Below are positions 38,130 through 51,000 of a DNA stretch of 64,000 bases, piece by piece. Origin of the DNA: Cycas panzhihuaensis (lineage: Eukaryota; Plantae; Cycadophyta); contig CM041465.1 of assembly GCA_023213395.1 (NCBI GenBank), positions 163,377,741 through 163,441,740 of the forward strand, read 5' to 3'. The first letter of the stretch is position 1. Every line of letters begins with the position of its first letter. Both the position numbers and the translations under genes were made by a program. Under the pieces are notes generated by a model. That model worked only from the letters and a program-made list of their open reading frames with translations, did no database searches and was not told where the DNA came from.

Positions 38130-39600
38130 AGTGAGTTGTCATGAACTCTAAGTTGTTTTAATGGTGATAAGAGAGGTGGATCTTAACATATAGGTTGGAT
38201 CTTATGGAGGGTAGGTTTAAACATCAAATGAGTTTCTCTTGATGCTAAGCCTTCATGGAATGAAATTGATGCTTGGACTCCTAAGTGAGGTGTATACATA
38301 AAACAAAAGGGGACTATACCTCCCTTAAGTTGGATACAAGCCATCTATTTGATAGATGCGGTTCTTTAAATAACTATAGTCTCGTGTTTCATTTATTCAA
38401 TCTCTAGCCTTCACCTAAAGGTTTACACACATGGATATGAACCAATTAGGTTCTAATAATCTCTAAGGAGCTTGGTGTTTATACTATTGGTCAAGGATTT
38501 TTGTGGTCTTATTTAAGAATTCTAATTATAAGAATATGATTTTTAACAAGGGACCTTGATTTATGTTGTGAAGTAAGATGTTCATGAAAATTTAGGAGAC
38601 AACTTTTGATCCCCAATAAGATATTCCTAGTTCCATCTTAGTTTAGGTAAAGCTTCCCTTCTTTCCTTTCTAGATTTAGAGTGGAAAAGCCTTTTAGGCT
38701 GTAAGTTCATCCTTAGGGCAGTTTCTCAAGGTTGTATGTACCACTTTATCCTAGATGATTATATCCTTTGCCTGGATTTATGTGCAATTAGATGCCACAT
38801 AGGGCCTCTTAGATCAGGTGGAGATTAGTATAGTTAGTCATATCTAGATGAAAGATATTAATTATGAACAAGTACTATTCAAGCATAAATTTCATCATAA
38901 GTATAGATACTTTGTTCATGAATACCTAGTAAAAAGCATCACTTCTAGCCCATCCTTAAACCAACCAAATGATGAAGGTTTTCTCTATGTGTAATACAAA
39001 AGTCAATCCAAGCCTAGACAAGTTCATGGTAAAGGATCCAACCAAAAGATGGCCTCAGATAACATGTATCAAAGTTTAAGTGGTGAAGATGCATATAAGA
39101 ATAATGATCTTGATGGTGAGAAGGAAGAAGGAAGGTGCTCCTCGTTCTATGTAGTAGAAGGTCAAGCTTAGAAAATATAATAGGTAGTATAATATAGACA
39201 ACATGGTAGGAAGTACATAGTTTAAAGTTGAAGCTATTGAAAAAGAGGACTTGTTAGTATCTAAGGTAGGTTAAAAGATGAATCAAATTACTTTGGATTC
39301 CTCGTCTTCATCCTTGATTAGGGTGGAAGTGTTTGTAGGTAGCGAAACATAAGAGGCAGACTGCATACTTAAAACTCAAAATCTTCAAGCCAACATAGAG
39401 CATGGGGTGGGTAGGATGTTGAATGTTTGGATTAACATCCTTACTCTTAGGGTGACCTTGCTATCTAGAGAAAAGAGGGGTATCATGTTGGTGTTACTTA
39501 GTGAAGCCCAAATGGATTATTGGTACATAGATAAAAGTAAGGGCAAAATGTCTAATAATAAACTTTGCAATCTAAAATGGATGAGAGGTTTAATTTGTAA
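38130..39600 (+). mobile_element. LINE (L1 clade) ORF1 remnant (DUF4283 plus decayed zinc knuckle)
   Basis: 'KGP*FML..MFMKI*ETTFDP', 'V*VKLPFFPF*I*SGKAF*AVSSSLGQFLKV', 'INYEQVLFKHKFHHKYRYFVHEY' (decayed CX2CX4HX4C-type knuckle) at ~38550-38930. Ends are approximate and ORF2 was not seen. Confidence 0.8.
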
Positions 39601-42469
39601 TGAATAATGAGCATGAATCAAAACCATAAAACCCATATTAGGGCCATAAAATAATGTAGGAGGTTTATCATTACAAATCACAGAGTTTATTCTCTTCCAA
39701 ATGCAAGGTAGAGTTTTAGTATAAAGTAAGTCTCAAACTTTGGCAAAGGTTTGGGAAACGGCTTTTCTATCTTCCAATATAGCATTGTTCCATGCTATGG
39801 TGTTGAAGATAACAAGCTTAACAAAATTCCTAACCTAATCTTAGGTTGATCTGTTAATAAATGCCACCAAAATAGGTGTAAGAGTGCCTTTTTTACATTT
39901 ACATGTGAAAATTTTAATTAAAAAGGGCCTTCATAATTAGTTTATTTTAATGTATTAGATGGATCTTTGGAAGTGACATGAATTGACATATGTATTAGTT
40001 GTGATAAAGTATGAGATGCAATGGCTTGTGACAAGTAATATGCATTTAAAGGACATGAAGCTTCTATATATTTTATGTGTCCAAGTTATAAGGAAAATAT
40101 CCAAGTGCTTTTTTCATAAAAAATATTATAGATTAGAAGCACATCAAGTTATTTTGGCCATGGTTTTACAATAATGTAAGGAGATACATCTTTTATCACA
40201 TGGTGTATAAACCCCATTTGTTTTGAATTTTATCACATATAAGGATTATTTCTTTGCCCCTTCCATGCATTTATGTTGTGATTTTCTATGATTACTTGTA
40301 GTTCATTCCTTTTATATAACTTTTCCTAGGAAAATCAAAGCTTTGTCATATAATATAAAGTGATATAGTGTTGATTGTGATGATTGTGCAATGTACAATG
40401 GGTAGCTTCTAATATTATTTATGGTTTATTTAAAGTCTAATCAACACTCTACTTTTTACAATGCTTTTATTTACAACTAAAAAGGTTGTGTACTTAGAAA
40501 AGATGATCTTGTTATGTGAAATTCTTCTTTATAACCTTATATTGCATGGCTTATATATAGGCAATGGAATTGTGTTTTGCTCGAGGCTTTGAAATTATCC
40601 TTCAATCATTTCCACATTCAAATTTATTGAAAAAATGACCTTGTTTTTAGGAAGTACTTCATTATAACCTCATGGTGTGTGGTTTATGCATGCTAATGGA
40701 ATTATGCTTTTTTTGAAACCTCCAAATTATCTTTTGGTCTTTCTAGGTTCAAATATCTCCATATTTAGAAATTCATGGCATTCTAATAGTTTTCATTTGA
40801 AGTTTAAATGCTTTTCAATACTGATTTTTCTATAGGTCATGACAACTTTTGTGCCACTTCCTCCTGTTGTAAATTCCTATAGTTTTTTGTCCTCATGATA
40901 GTAACATTAGCATTATTGATATTGAGGATTTGAGAATTCAAATATGTAATGTTCAAGTTGATGAGGAGCAACTAGAGAGAAATTCTTTGATTAATAATAT
41001 ATTTTTAGGGACAACAACCTTAATATTCTTATGCACACGTTTGTGTACACCTACAACCATCTTGAAAGACCAAATATGTGCTACAATAATCCACATATAG
41101 AGGTTATATTTATATCAACAATTTCCATATGGGTGTTCACACGCGATTCCATCTTATGGGCTACTATATAATGCATCAAAGTTGAAAAAGAAACATCAAC
41201 AATTGTTCCAATTCCATCTCATAGGGTAATCCATACATGACACATTACATCAATTATGAAGTGGCTATATTAGAACTTCCATAGTTTTTTAAAATATCTT
41301 AGAAGGTAATTGAGAAATTCATACAATGGATATAGATCATATTATGTGAAAGGTAATTCTCTTAACATAAAATTTTAGTAAAAATTGAAGTTTTAAAATT
41401 ATATCCCACTATTTTTTTTTTTGATGTGCTTGAAGTAATTTTCACGCACCCTAAAAGGATGGAGAACTAGTCTCTGAAAGGTGTTAAGTAAACATAAGGT
41501 GACACTATGCCCCCTAACCCTAACTAAGTTTTAAATCAATCTTTATTATTGAAGGATTTGATCATCACTTTACTTATATGAAAGGGGAGTTTAAAACTTG
41601 AACATATATTTTTTGCTCACAGAGAGAGTGTTTGAACATAAGGAAGTCAAATTCCTACACTCACACATAAACAGAAGTCCAACCCTATCAAGATTTGAAC
41701 CTATGTTGTTTAAACAACGACGTCTCAAGGTTAAAATTAAAACAGAACTTTATTTACATCAAAGTAAAACTAATCAAATTAAATTCATGTCGAATAAGAG
41801 TGTGCACTAAAAATTGTAGAGTTTACACACTTATTATCTTTTTATCTTTTCATGTAATGAACTATCCCTTCTGTAATTATTGGTGGAACAGACAGTCTTC
41901 AAATTGATATTAAAGCCTTCTCTAAAATGAGTCAAGGCTGAAACAACAACCATTCAAATTCCATCTTATATTGTAAGCCATATACATAACACATTACTTT
42001 GGCTGTGAAGTGGCCATATTAAAACGTCATCGTTTCTCCAAATATCTTGTAAGGAACCGAGAAAATCTGACGATACATAAAGATCATATTTCAGGAAAGT
42101 ATTTTCGTAGTACAAGCTTTTACCAAAAAAAAAAAAAGGAGTTCCATAATTCTATCTGATCCTAGTTTGGTAAATGAATCATGAAGTAGCACTTTATCCA
42201 CATCAAACCAAATCACATGTCTGAGTAAAAGCGTGCACTAGAATTGTAAATTTTGCATGATTGATATCCTTTTATGGAATTATCTTTCCTCTGCATTGTA
42301 ATTATTCGTGATAATACTTTTTATGTTTTCCTTGAATGTTCATCTTTTATTGTAAGCCATTCAAATTCCATCTTATATTGTACACTATGAAAGTGCGTCA
42401 CGACAGACAGTGATACACTTTCATTACAATGATAATTGCATTTTTCTCCAAAAAGGATGGTATAAAAAT

Positions 42470-45062
42470 TCTTGTGTTGGTTTGGGGTTTTGGAGATTTG
42501 TAGGCATCCTATAATGGCATCTCACATTTGTGCCTTTCCGATGAGTAGGAATTTGGATTTGAGTTAGGCATGAAACTGATTGCCCACCTTCCAAGGTATA
42601 TCTTTTGATCCTTTATTAAAACTACATGTGGACACTCTTTTACTAATACCTCTTTTTAATCAAAGGCTAAAAATAAGTGGTAATAATATCATGTTGCACT
42701 AAGTCTTTAGTAGACTATGGAGTTTCCTTAGGAGAGGACAATACTAATTAAGGTTCTTCTAGAAGAGAGACAACCTCATCTAAATCATCAAATTATAAAC
42801 AGAATTATTTTTATTGTTATTTTATCTTTGAGATACAAAGATAATACTTTTTATGTTTTCCTTGAATATTCATAATGACTTTATCTTGTATAATTGCATT
42901 GTGGATACTAGTGCTTCATATAATGAGATGCCCTATATTATAATGAAGGCCTTAGACCTTGAGGGAGGAAAACCTAATTAGTAGGTAATGACTATAGGTT
43001 CTAAATTAGTAGCCATAATTGGTGAGATTAAGGATCTAATTATTTCACTTACTGCCTACCCTAGAATTTCAATACCTATTATTATTATAGTTCATGATAT
43101 GCTTCCCATATATGGCATGTCGCTTAGAAGAGGGTGGGTTTATAATATAGGAGCCCTATCTAATGTTAGAATGGATAATATTATGTTCCTACTTAGTAAA
43201 TATCTTATCACTATTCTAAGCAAGAAAAGACCTATGAGCCACGTGGAAAACATAGGAGACTCATCAACATACCTAACTTTTGATTCAAGTGGTCTAGGAA
43301 TATATAAAGTGTTAACTGAAGCTAAAATTGAGTCCCTACTTATTACTAAAGAGGAGGGGTATCATATAGAGTTGAAAGGGCAAGACTCAATTTGATAAAG
43401 CCAAAGTAAAGAGGAACACGAATTGATATTGTTCTATAGTCCCTTAATGGTAAGATATTTCCTTATTATTTTAAGTTAATGTTTAAAAATATCCATACCA
43501 TTGTTAAGTATGAAGCTTTAAAAGTAGGACTATTTAAAACTTTGGATTTATAGGTTAAACTACTAAAAATTTATAGAGATTCATAGCGTATAGTAAATTA
43601 AACAAAAAAATTTTATTCCATTATGTGCAATCAATTAAAAGCTATTGACAGAGAGTTTGGAACCTCTTAGAACAATTTGAAGTTATGGTAGTGGAACATG
43701 TTCCTAGAGAAAATAACTAGTTAGTTGATTCTCTCATAATAGCTACCTCTTTATTGGATGTGACTAATGGCTCTCTAAACAAATTAGGATTTGTTGAAAA
43801 TGTTACAAAGGCTTCTATACTAAACAATATTGATCATTAGAAAGTATTTATAGATGATGAAAAATCTTAGCCTTTATGTAGGAACAAGGAGATTTTATTA
43901 ACATTAAGATTGTAAATGAAGAAAAACCAATAGATAGAGAAGGGCAAGCTAGTTAATCAAATGAAGATTATATCCAACTAAAGACAAATAAGATCCCTAA
44001 GTAGATGACCTATTTGGAATCATTATTTGATTCTAATGTTATTGTAAAAAATGGGGTAGTTTAAGAAAAATGTTCAAACAAGACTATCTAAAAGAATATT
44101 CCATCCAATTAAATCCTCTTGAGAATCTTAAGGTTATTTATGCATATTTAGAGTATACAGAAGAAGAAAAGCAAAAAATTATTCAACTTTGTACTAAGTA
44201 TAAAGACATATTTGCTTGGACCCATCAAGACCTAAAAATGTTTAACCCTAAAATTATGTAGCATATCATTCCACTCAAACTAGGGATAAATCCTTTTAGT
44301 TAAAACAAAGGGTTAAATTTAAAGAATCTAATCTAGAATGAACTATAGAAGCTCAAATATGTAGTGATTATCTTTCCAATTAGGTTTTCTACATGCACAA
44401 CCAATTTAATTCTTATGAGAAAGAAGAATGAAAACATTTGGTTATGTGTTGATTTTAGAAATTTGAACAACAGTTCTATAAAGGACAATTACCTACTACC
44501 CATAATGGAGCAAATCCTTCAAAGTATTACTACTTTAGAATCCATGTCATTATTAGATGTTTTTCTTGGATATAACTAGATTTTTGTAGCTAAATAGGAT
44601 GGGAATAAAACAACATTCACTATAATCTAAGGTACCTTTGCTTGTAGGAAAATACCTTTTGGGTTAATCAATGCAAGTGCAACTTTACAAAGAGCTATGG
44701 ATAAGGATTTCAAAGGATTGATTGGGGTGATTACTGTAATATATCTTGATGACATAACTATTTTTTCCAAAAATAGAGTAGATCACATTGAATATTTGAG
44801 GCCAATTTTCTAGAGGTGCAAATAATATGGAATCTCAATTAGGCCTTAGGAGATAATTTTTAGGGCTATTAGTAGAAAACTACTAGGACATATTATTATA
44901 AAGGATTGAACTTACGCTGATCTTAATATAGTTAAAGCCATCAAGGAAGTGTTCTTACCCACCAACAAGAATGGAATACAATCTTTATTTGGAAAGATAA
45001 AATTTTTAAGAAGATCCATCATTGATTTTATAAGGAAAACCTTGCCCATTAGTGCCTTTCTA
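42470..45062 (+). mobile_element. Tat-type Ty3/gypsy pol remnant with order protease - additional RNase H - RT
   Basis: Protease 'YNCIVDTSAS' (~42890); aRH 'VKYEALKVGL..VKLLKIYRDS*RIVN..VVEHVPRENN*LVDSL' (~43450-43750); RT 'MRKKNENIWLCVDFRNLN..PFGLINASATLQRAMD..IYLDD' (44250-45050). Confidence 0.85.
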
Positions 45063-48000
45063 TGTAAGGGTTGGGAATTAATTCATCGAGTTTCAAAATC
45101 ATCTAGTGATGTAAAATATAACATTGTTATTTCTAATAAATTATCAATATTTTATATGTGAGTTCTTTCACCTAAAATAATTTCCCACATAAACTTGTAT
45201 CTTCTATGTATATGGTCTCTTATATCATGTGTTATTTTGTGCTATGTAAATGATACAAAAATCTGGTAAGAATTCAAATGGTATTAGGGCAAACTTGAGC
45301 ATGTTTAAATTCTCACAAAATTGACTAAAATAATAATCAAAATCCCATAAAAATCTAAGATAATTCAAAGAATATCTTGAGAAATTATTTTTTCTTTGAA
45401 GGTAAAATTAGCAATTTTCATGGAATTTTGATATAGAATTCTCTATATAGAGAAGAAAATTAATCATGGAAATTTGATATAGAATTCCCTATACAGAGGA
45501 GAAAATTAATCATGAACCCATTGACAATGACATAAAATATCAAATTTCAGATAAGGATTTAGTTTTGCCATTTCAAAAATAAATTTGACTTGTAATTATA
45601 AGTAGTTCACATCCATACCTTTTTGAAGACCATAACTATATGGGATTTAATATGACTTTTATGTTTGTAGCTAAGGGGACCAACACCTTATTTCATTGGA
45701 TTAATAGCATGATGATGCCTTTCAAATTATAACTTGACATTTAGAGCTCCAAATTAAGCACTACAAATTTTATTAGAATCCTATCAAGTAGAGCTTATGA
45801 TGGATGTACTTTCAAGACTTGATTAATTAAACTTTATTGTGACAAAATTGATTTATTCTAAATGTTAGTGGAAAACTTTTTTTTTTAACATAGACATTTG
45901 TAAACAATTACTTTAGAAAATTAAAGGTAGTAGATAATCCTGAAGTACTTGGTTTAATAATTAAGAAATTAACTAGCATACACAATTTTTTATTATGGAA
46001 ATACCAAATGATAAAATTTCTAGAGATTAATGACATGAAGAAAATACATTGATGTAGAATTGGTTATACCAACATATGTTGATGAGAAGAATCAACTTTA
46101 AGATAAATTGAGAGTGATACTAACATTTATTAAGCTCTATATTGGTGGAAATTTAATAGTGAATGTGTCAAATGATATAACACCAAAAGAAGCCTAGGAT
46201 ATAATCATCTCTCTTTATGAGATTAAAGATGATGCACATATCTTATCCCAGAAAAATCAACTTTATATTTTGAAGCTACATGGATCAATGATCGATTACT
46301 TATAAGAAATTAAGATGACTTAGGAGTAGTTGAGTGAAATAGAGAAGCCTTTTAATGACCTAGAAGTGGTGACTATAATGATCTATCTTCGCCAAATTTA
46401 TATGAAAATTTCATCACCAACTTGAGCTTAAATAGTAAGATAAGCTCAATGACCTTCAATAATCTTAAAAGCTAATTGAAGGTGTATAAACAAAGATTAA
46501 GGGATCTTAGTGGTAAAATCTCAAGTACTATGACTATAAAATATAAAGGGAAACATCCCTATATGCAAAAGAGAAATGCATTGTTTAAATATAAGGTTCA
46601 ATGAGAAGGTCTTAAGTAATATACAAAGACAAAGTGTTGGGCCTACAAGAAACATAGACAATTAAAGAAAGATTACAGAAGTTTGAATAATGAATAACCA
46701 TATAGTAGCATCAGATATAGTATCAACAATAATATCAATAAAATTAAAGATAACCAGACAAGAGGCAAGGTGGTAATAAAAGTAATTTTCTTACTAATCA
46801 TTCTTCTAAAGATAAAGAGAAGAACAAGAAACTTTGTATTACAACATATTTGATATAAGATAACATAAGAAATATTTGGATTATGGACTTGAGCTCAACT
46901 AAATACATAATAGCAAGAAATGAATGGTTCTCTAACTTGATCAATGCAAAAGGTTAAATGGTTATTATGAGTGATAGTACTGTATTAAAAGCAAAAACAA
47001 TTGGCAATGTTCCAACTACCATTAAAGAATGTAAGAAGAAAAATATTGAAGATATTCTATATATGCTTAAACTAAAATCAAACTTGATTTTAGTTTTGTA
47101 CATTAAAAAATAGGGAATGGAGGTCAAATTCCATAATAGAAAGTGTATAATCACTAATAAGGATGGAATTATTGTTATAGATTTTGAAAGGTAAATTTAA
47201 AATTTAAAAGCATGTGCATTTGTAACTAACATAAATTAAATTAGGCATAATAGAATAAGATATTTGAAATATCAAAGTCTTTAATTAATACATAATTTAA
47301 ACTTGGTTCAAGGAATTCTTGAATTGAAATAAAAGAAATGTGTTTGTGAATCTTACATCATGGTTAAACAACATGGGAAACCGTTTCTAAAATGAAAATC
47401 TTTGAGACTAAGGGAAAAATTAGAGTTGAAATACTATAACATTTATGGGTTAATGCTAATCACACTGAATAAAGGTATCAAATATTTTCTAACTTTCATT
47501 GATAATTTTTTTATTTGGTACATCTAATGAATGACAAGTTCTAGGCATTCTCTATCTTTAAGCAGTTCAAGGAATGTGTTAAAAATAAAACTATATTGAG
47601 ATTAAAGATACTATAATTAGACAACAAAGGTGAGTATACCTTGAATGAGTTTGACTAATATTATGAAGACAAAAAAACTTGAAGGTAGTTCATAGCTACT
47701 TATGTTAGTAATAATATTCATCATTTTATTAAATGTGTGCATGGTGACTTTGGAATACACAGGGCTGCCTATAACTGTCTATAATCAACTTTGGAATAAG
47801 GTACATATTATTTTAATTTATTACTTTATTATTTTAATTCAAAAGAAAAGTGTCAGTTGAGGTAGGCTCCCACCCATCTCCCATCTTATAAATATATGGT
47901 GCATTATACACCAATGTTTTTTTAACACCATACTCAATTAGAAAATTATTATTATTTTTTAGTAATATCACATAATATTTCATTTTGCTATGTCCTTGGT

Positions 48001-51000
48001 TACTTAATTTGGTATCAGAGCTCAAGTTTGATATCAAACGATTATTTTACAGTGAAATTTGATAAATATTTGTTATATATTAAGCTTTCCTAAAGTATCT
48101 TTCCTATAGTTCTATCGAAATATATAAATATTTACTATGTACAATTGAAAACTTATACATTTTTTGAAGTTGATGTAGTGTTTGTTTGTGTACTCATCCC
48201 AACACTCCATTAAAACTATTATATTGAAGTTTTATTAAATATTTTATAAGATTTAATTCTTTTTTCACCAATTTTTTGAGGTTTATATACATACCTAGAT
48301 TTATACAAGTTGGTGCATTCTCTACAGTGAATAAAACTATCTAAAGCGACCACTTGTTTGATTCCTTATTGAATTAACTCAACACTAGATTTAACAATTT
48401 TGAATTTCGTTGCCTCTTGGTGGAGAAATTACTTCTGGAAGTAGGCCCTCTTCCTCTGGCTACTGAAACCCCCTATGCTCTAAACTAAAAGGAATTCATT
48501 TTTTGCTCTATTTCCTTTGTAAATCACTAAAGTTAGGGGCAATCCTCCTAGTGTCTGATTCAGACAGTTCTCAAGTCTTTCTACCTCCTCTTCGAGCTAT
48601 ATGGTCTTGACGTATTTATGTACCCTCCTCGACTTCACATGTTTAAAAAAATAACTTTTTGCATCTTTTTCCTTTGTTTCTTCTTCTAAAGATCATCCGT
48701 ATACATCTTTGGATCAATTAGATCAATCTCTGAAGGATTTGAAATTATTTTTGGATCATTTTGATCAATCTATTTTTCCATGTATCTGTGCATGTCTTTG
48801 CATTTTTGTCTATATCCTTTTTTCATTCTTTTATAAAGGCTTTATAAAGTTTAATAAAATTTAATAACTTTTGATAATTTTTGGAATTTGACCCCCTTAA
48901 CCCCCAGATTTTGATCCCATTGGTCCTCATATGAACTTGTTTTAAGAACTAGATTTTAAATTGTATAGGTTATTTTTAGTAAACTTAGATTTTAAAAGAT
49001 TTAATTGCATTTCATATTCTTTAGGGTTTGTTAGCCCTCTTTAGTGGTTATGGTTTATTATATGCTTCATTAAGGTGACTAGGGGCTCGAGTAAAAGGGG
49101 CTTAAACACCTCCCCCCACCCTCTTCAATTTTTTATCAGAATAGACAATCTTCACTATTTTGCTTATACTTTTTGATCTAAAAATCTATTTTTAAAATGG
49201 TTAGATTCATCAGAAAGTGGTTTAGTGATCTTCATAGTAAAGCTAATTTCATTGTGATTTGTAATTATTTTATAGGTATTTGAGACTACTAAAGTTATCC
49301 ATTCTATTTAACCTAAGTTTAAGTTTTTTTCACTATTTTTGAGCTATTTAACAATTCTATTCAAGCATATTTATATCTTATTAAGATACTAATATACTTT
49401 TAGTTGATTTCACTTTGTTTTTTGAGGTTTACATATGATTTTTGGTAAAATATTATGAAGATTTACCTCTTGAAGGAGAAGACAATAGTTGGACATTATT
49501 CTACATACAAAGAAGCTTTTTAACCATTACATCATTTTATTTTAAAGCTTCTATTTCACTTTAATTTATTTTCAGCTCTGTCACCTTTATTTTAAAGCTC
49601 AAATTTAGCCCATTTAAAGGTTAATTTGCTTAATTATTAAAGTTGATTTCAAAGTTTAATTAAGGTTATTTTTATTACACTACAAAGGCTCATATAGAGT
49701 GCTTCTTATTATATCTTAAAAACACATTTAAAAGACTCTTTTATTTCTTTATATTTCATATTACTTTAGAGCTTATTTGTATCAATTTAAAAGTTCATTT
49801 ATTTTATATTTATTTCCTTTGAAAATAAATTTATTTCATTTCATTTTTTAAAATGATTTTTCATTAGTTATTAAGAAGGAATCTTATTTATTAAATAATA
49901 CCATATATAAAATATATTTTTATATTGAATAAAATAAACTTTTGAAAGAACACTCTATTTCTAACCTTGTAAGGAGAATGATTATGACCCTTGAGGTTAC
50001 CATCCCACACACGCCCTTGCCCTACTCATATTGGATGAGGAATATCATTGGCTATAAGGTGTATATAGTGGAATGCTGAGCTGGAGTAAACCTATCTTTT
50101 ATAATTTGAAGACTAGGCTAGACCTAAGAGGGTGAGTGCCTTAATTTGTAAAGCCATCACAACTAGATCTATTATTAGACATAAGTCTAGCACATGTGAA
50201 TCAACAAGTTAGAGGGGGTCTTATACCTTCTTTGCATCCCATGTGCTGAGGTATATAGAGTCTAATACTCACATACTAACATATTGGGTCTTTAATTTAC
50301 CAATTATGGGCAGGCACCACTAGACAGAATAGTAACTGAAGACTTCTTTGAAGACCCATAAACTTAGAGCTTAATAACCTTGTAGGTAATATGAAACATT
50401 ATTTTAAAACTATACCTTAGGAAACATTTGAATAAGACCTTAGTTTGAAACACAATGACTATAAGTTTTGGTAATATAATCATCCCTAAGTTTGATGTAT
50501 CAAATTTTTGAGTTGGAGTAGAAGGATAAGACCCATCTTCATTAATAAAGATATATGGGACTTTATGAAGATAGGGTATATAAAACTTGGTCAAAATGTA
50601 ATTGAAGTAGAAAAGCAAGCACTTAAAGAATACATGAAGAAGATAATAAACCTTTAGCCTTGACTTTTTGTACATTAGAATGCCATATCTTTCCAAGGAT
50701 TAGTAAGGTATCAAAGTCTAAAGAAGCATATGACACATTATTGCTTATTTGTGAAGGTGTAACCTTATCTGAACTTTAAACATTAAGGAGAAAATTTGAA
50801 AACTTAAGGATGATGGCTAATGAATCTATCAATGAATTCATAACAAAAGTCTAAACCTTATGAATCAAATGAGATTTCTTAGTGAGACCCTTACTAAATA
50901 AAGGGTTATTGAAAGGACACTTAGGTGTGTTGGTAAAGTTAAAGGGTTTGAGATGGTAGCAACAAGTATAGAAGTCTCTAAATACCTAAGTATATTAAAG

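Noticed and set aside
41510-41525. Telomeric repeat seed
   Set aside because: Under two units of CCCTAA, too short to support.
45419-45515. ~46-bp tandem duplication (also an 18-bp one at ~55168-55197)
   Set aside because: Ordinary local duplications inside decayed elements.
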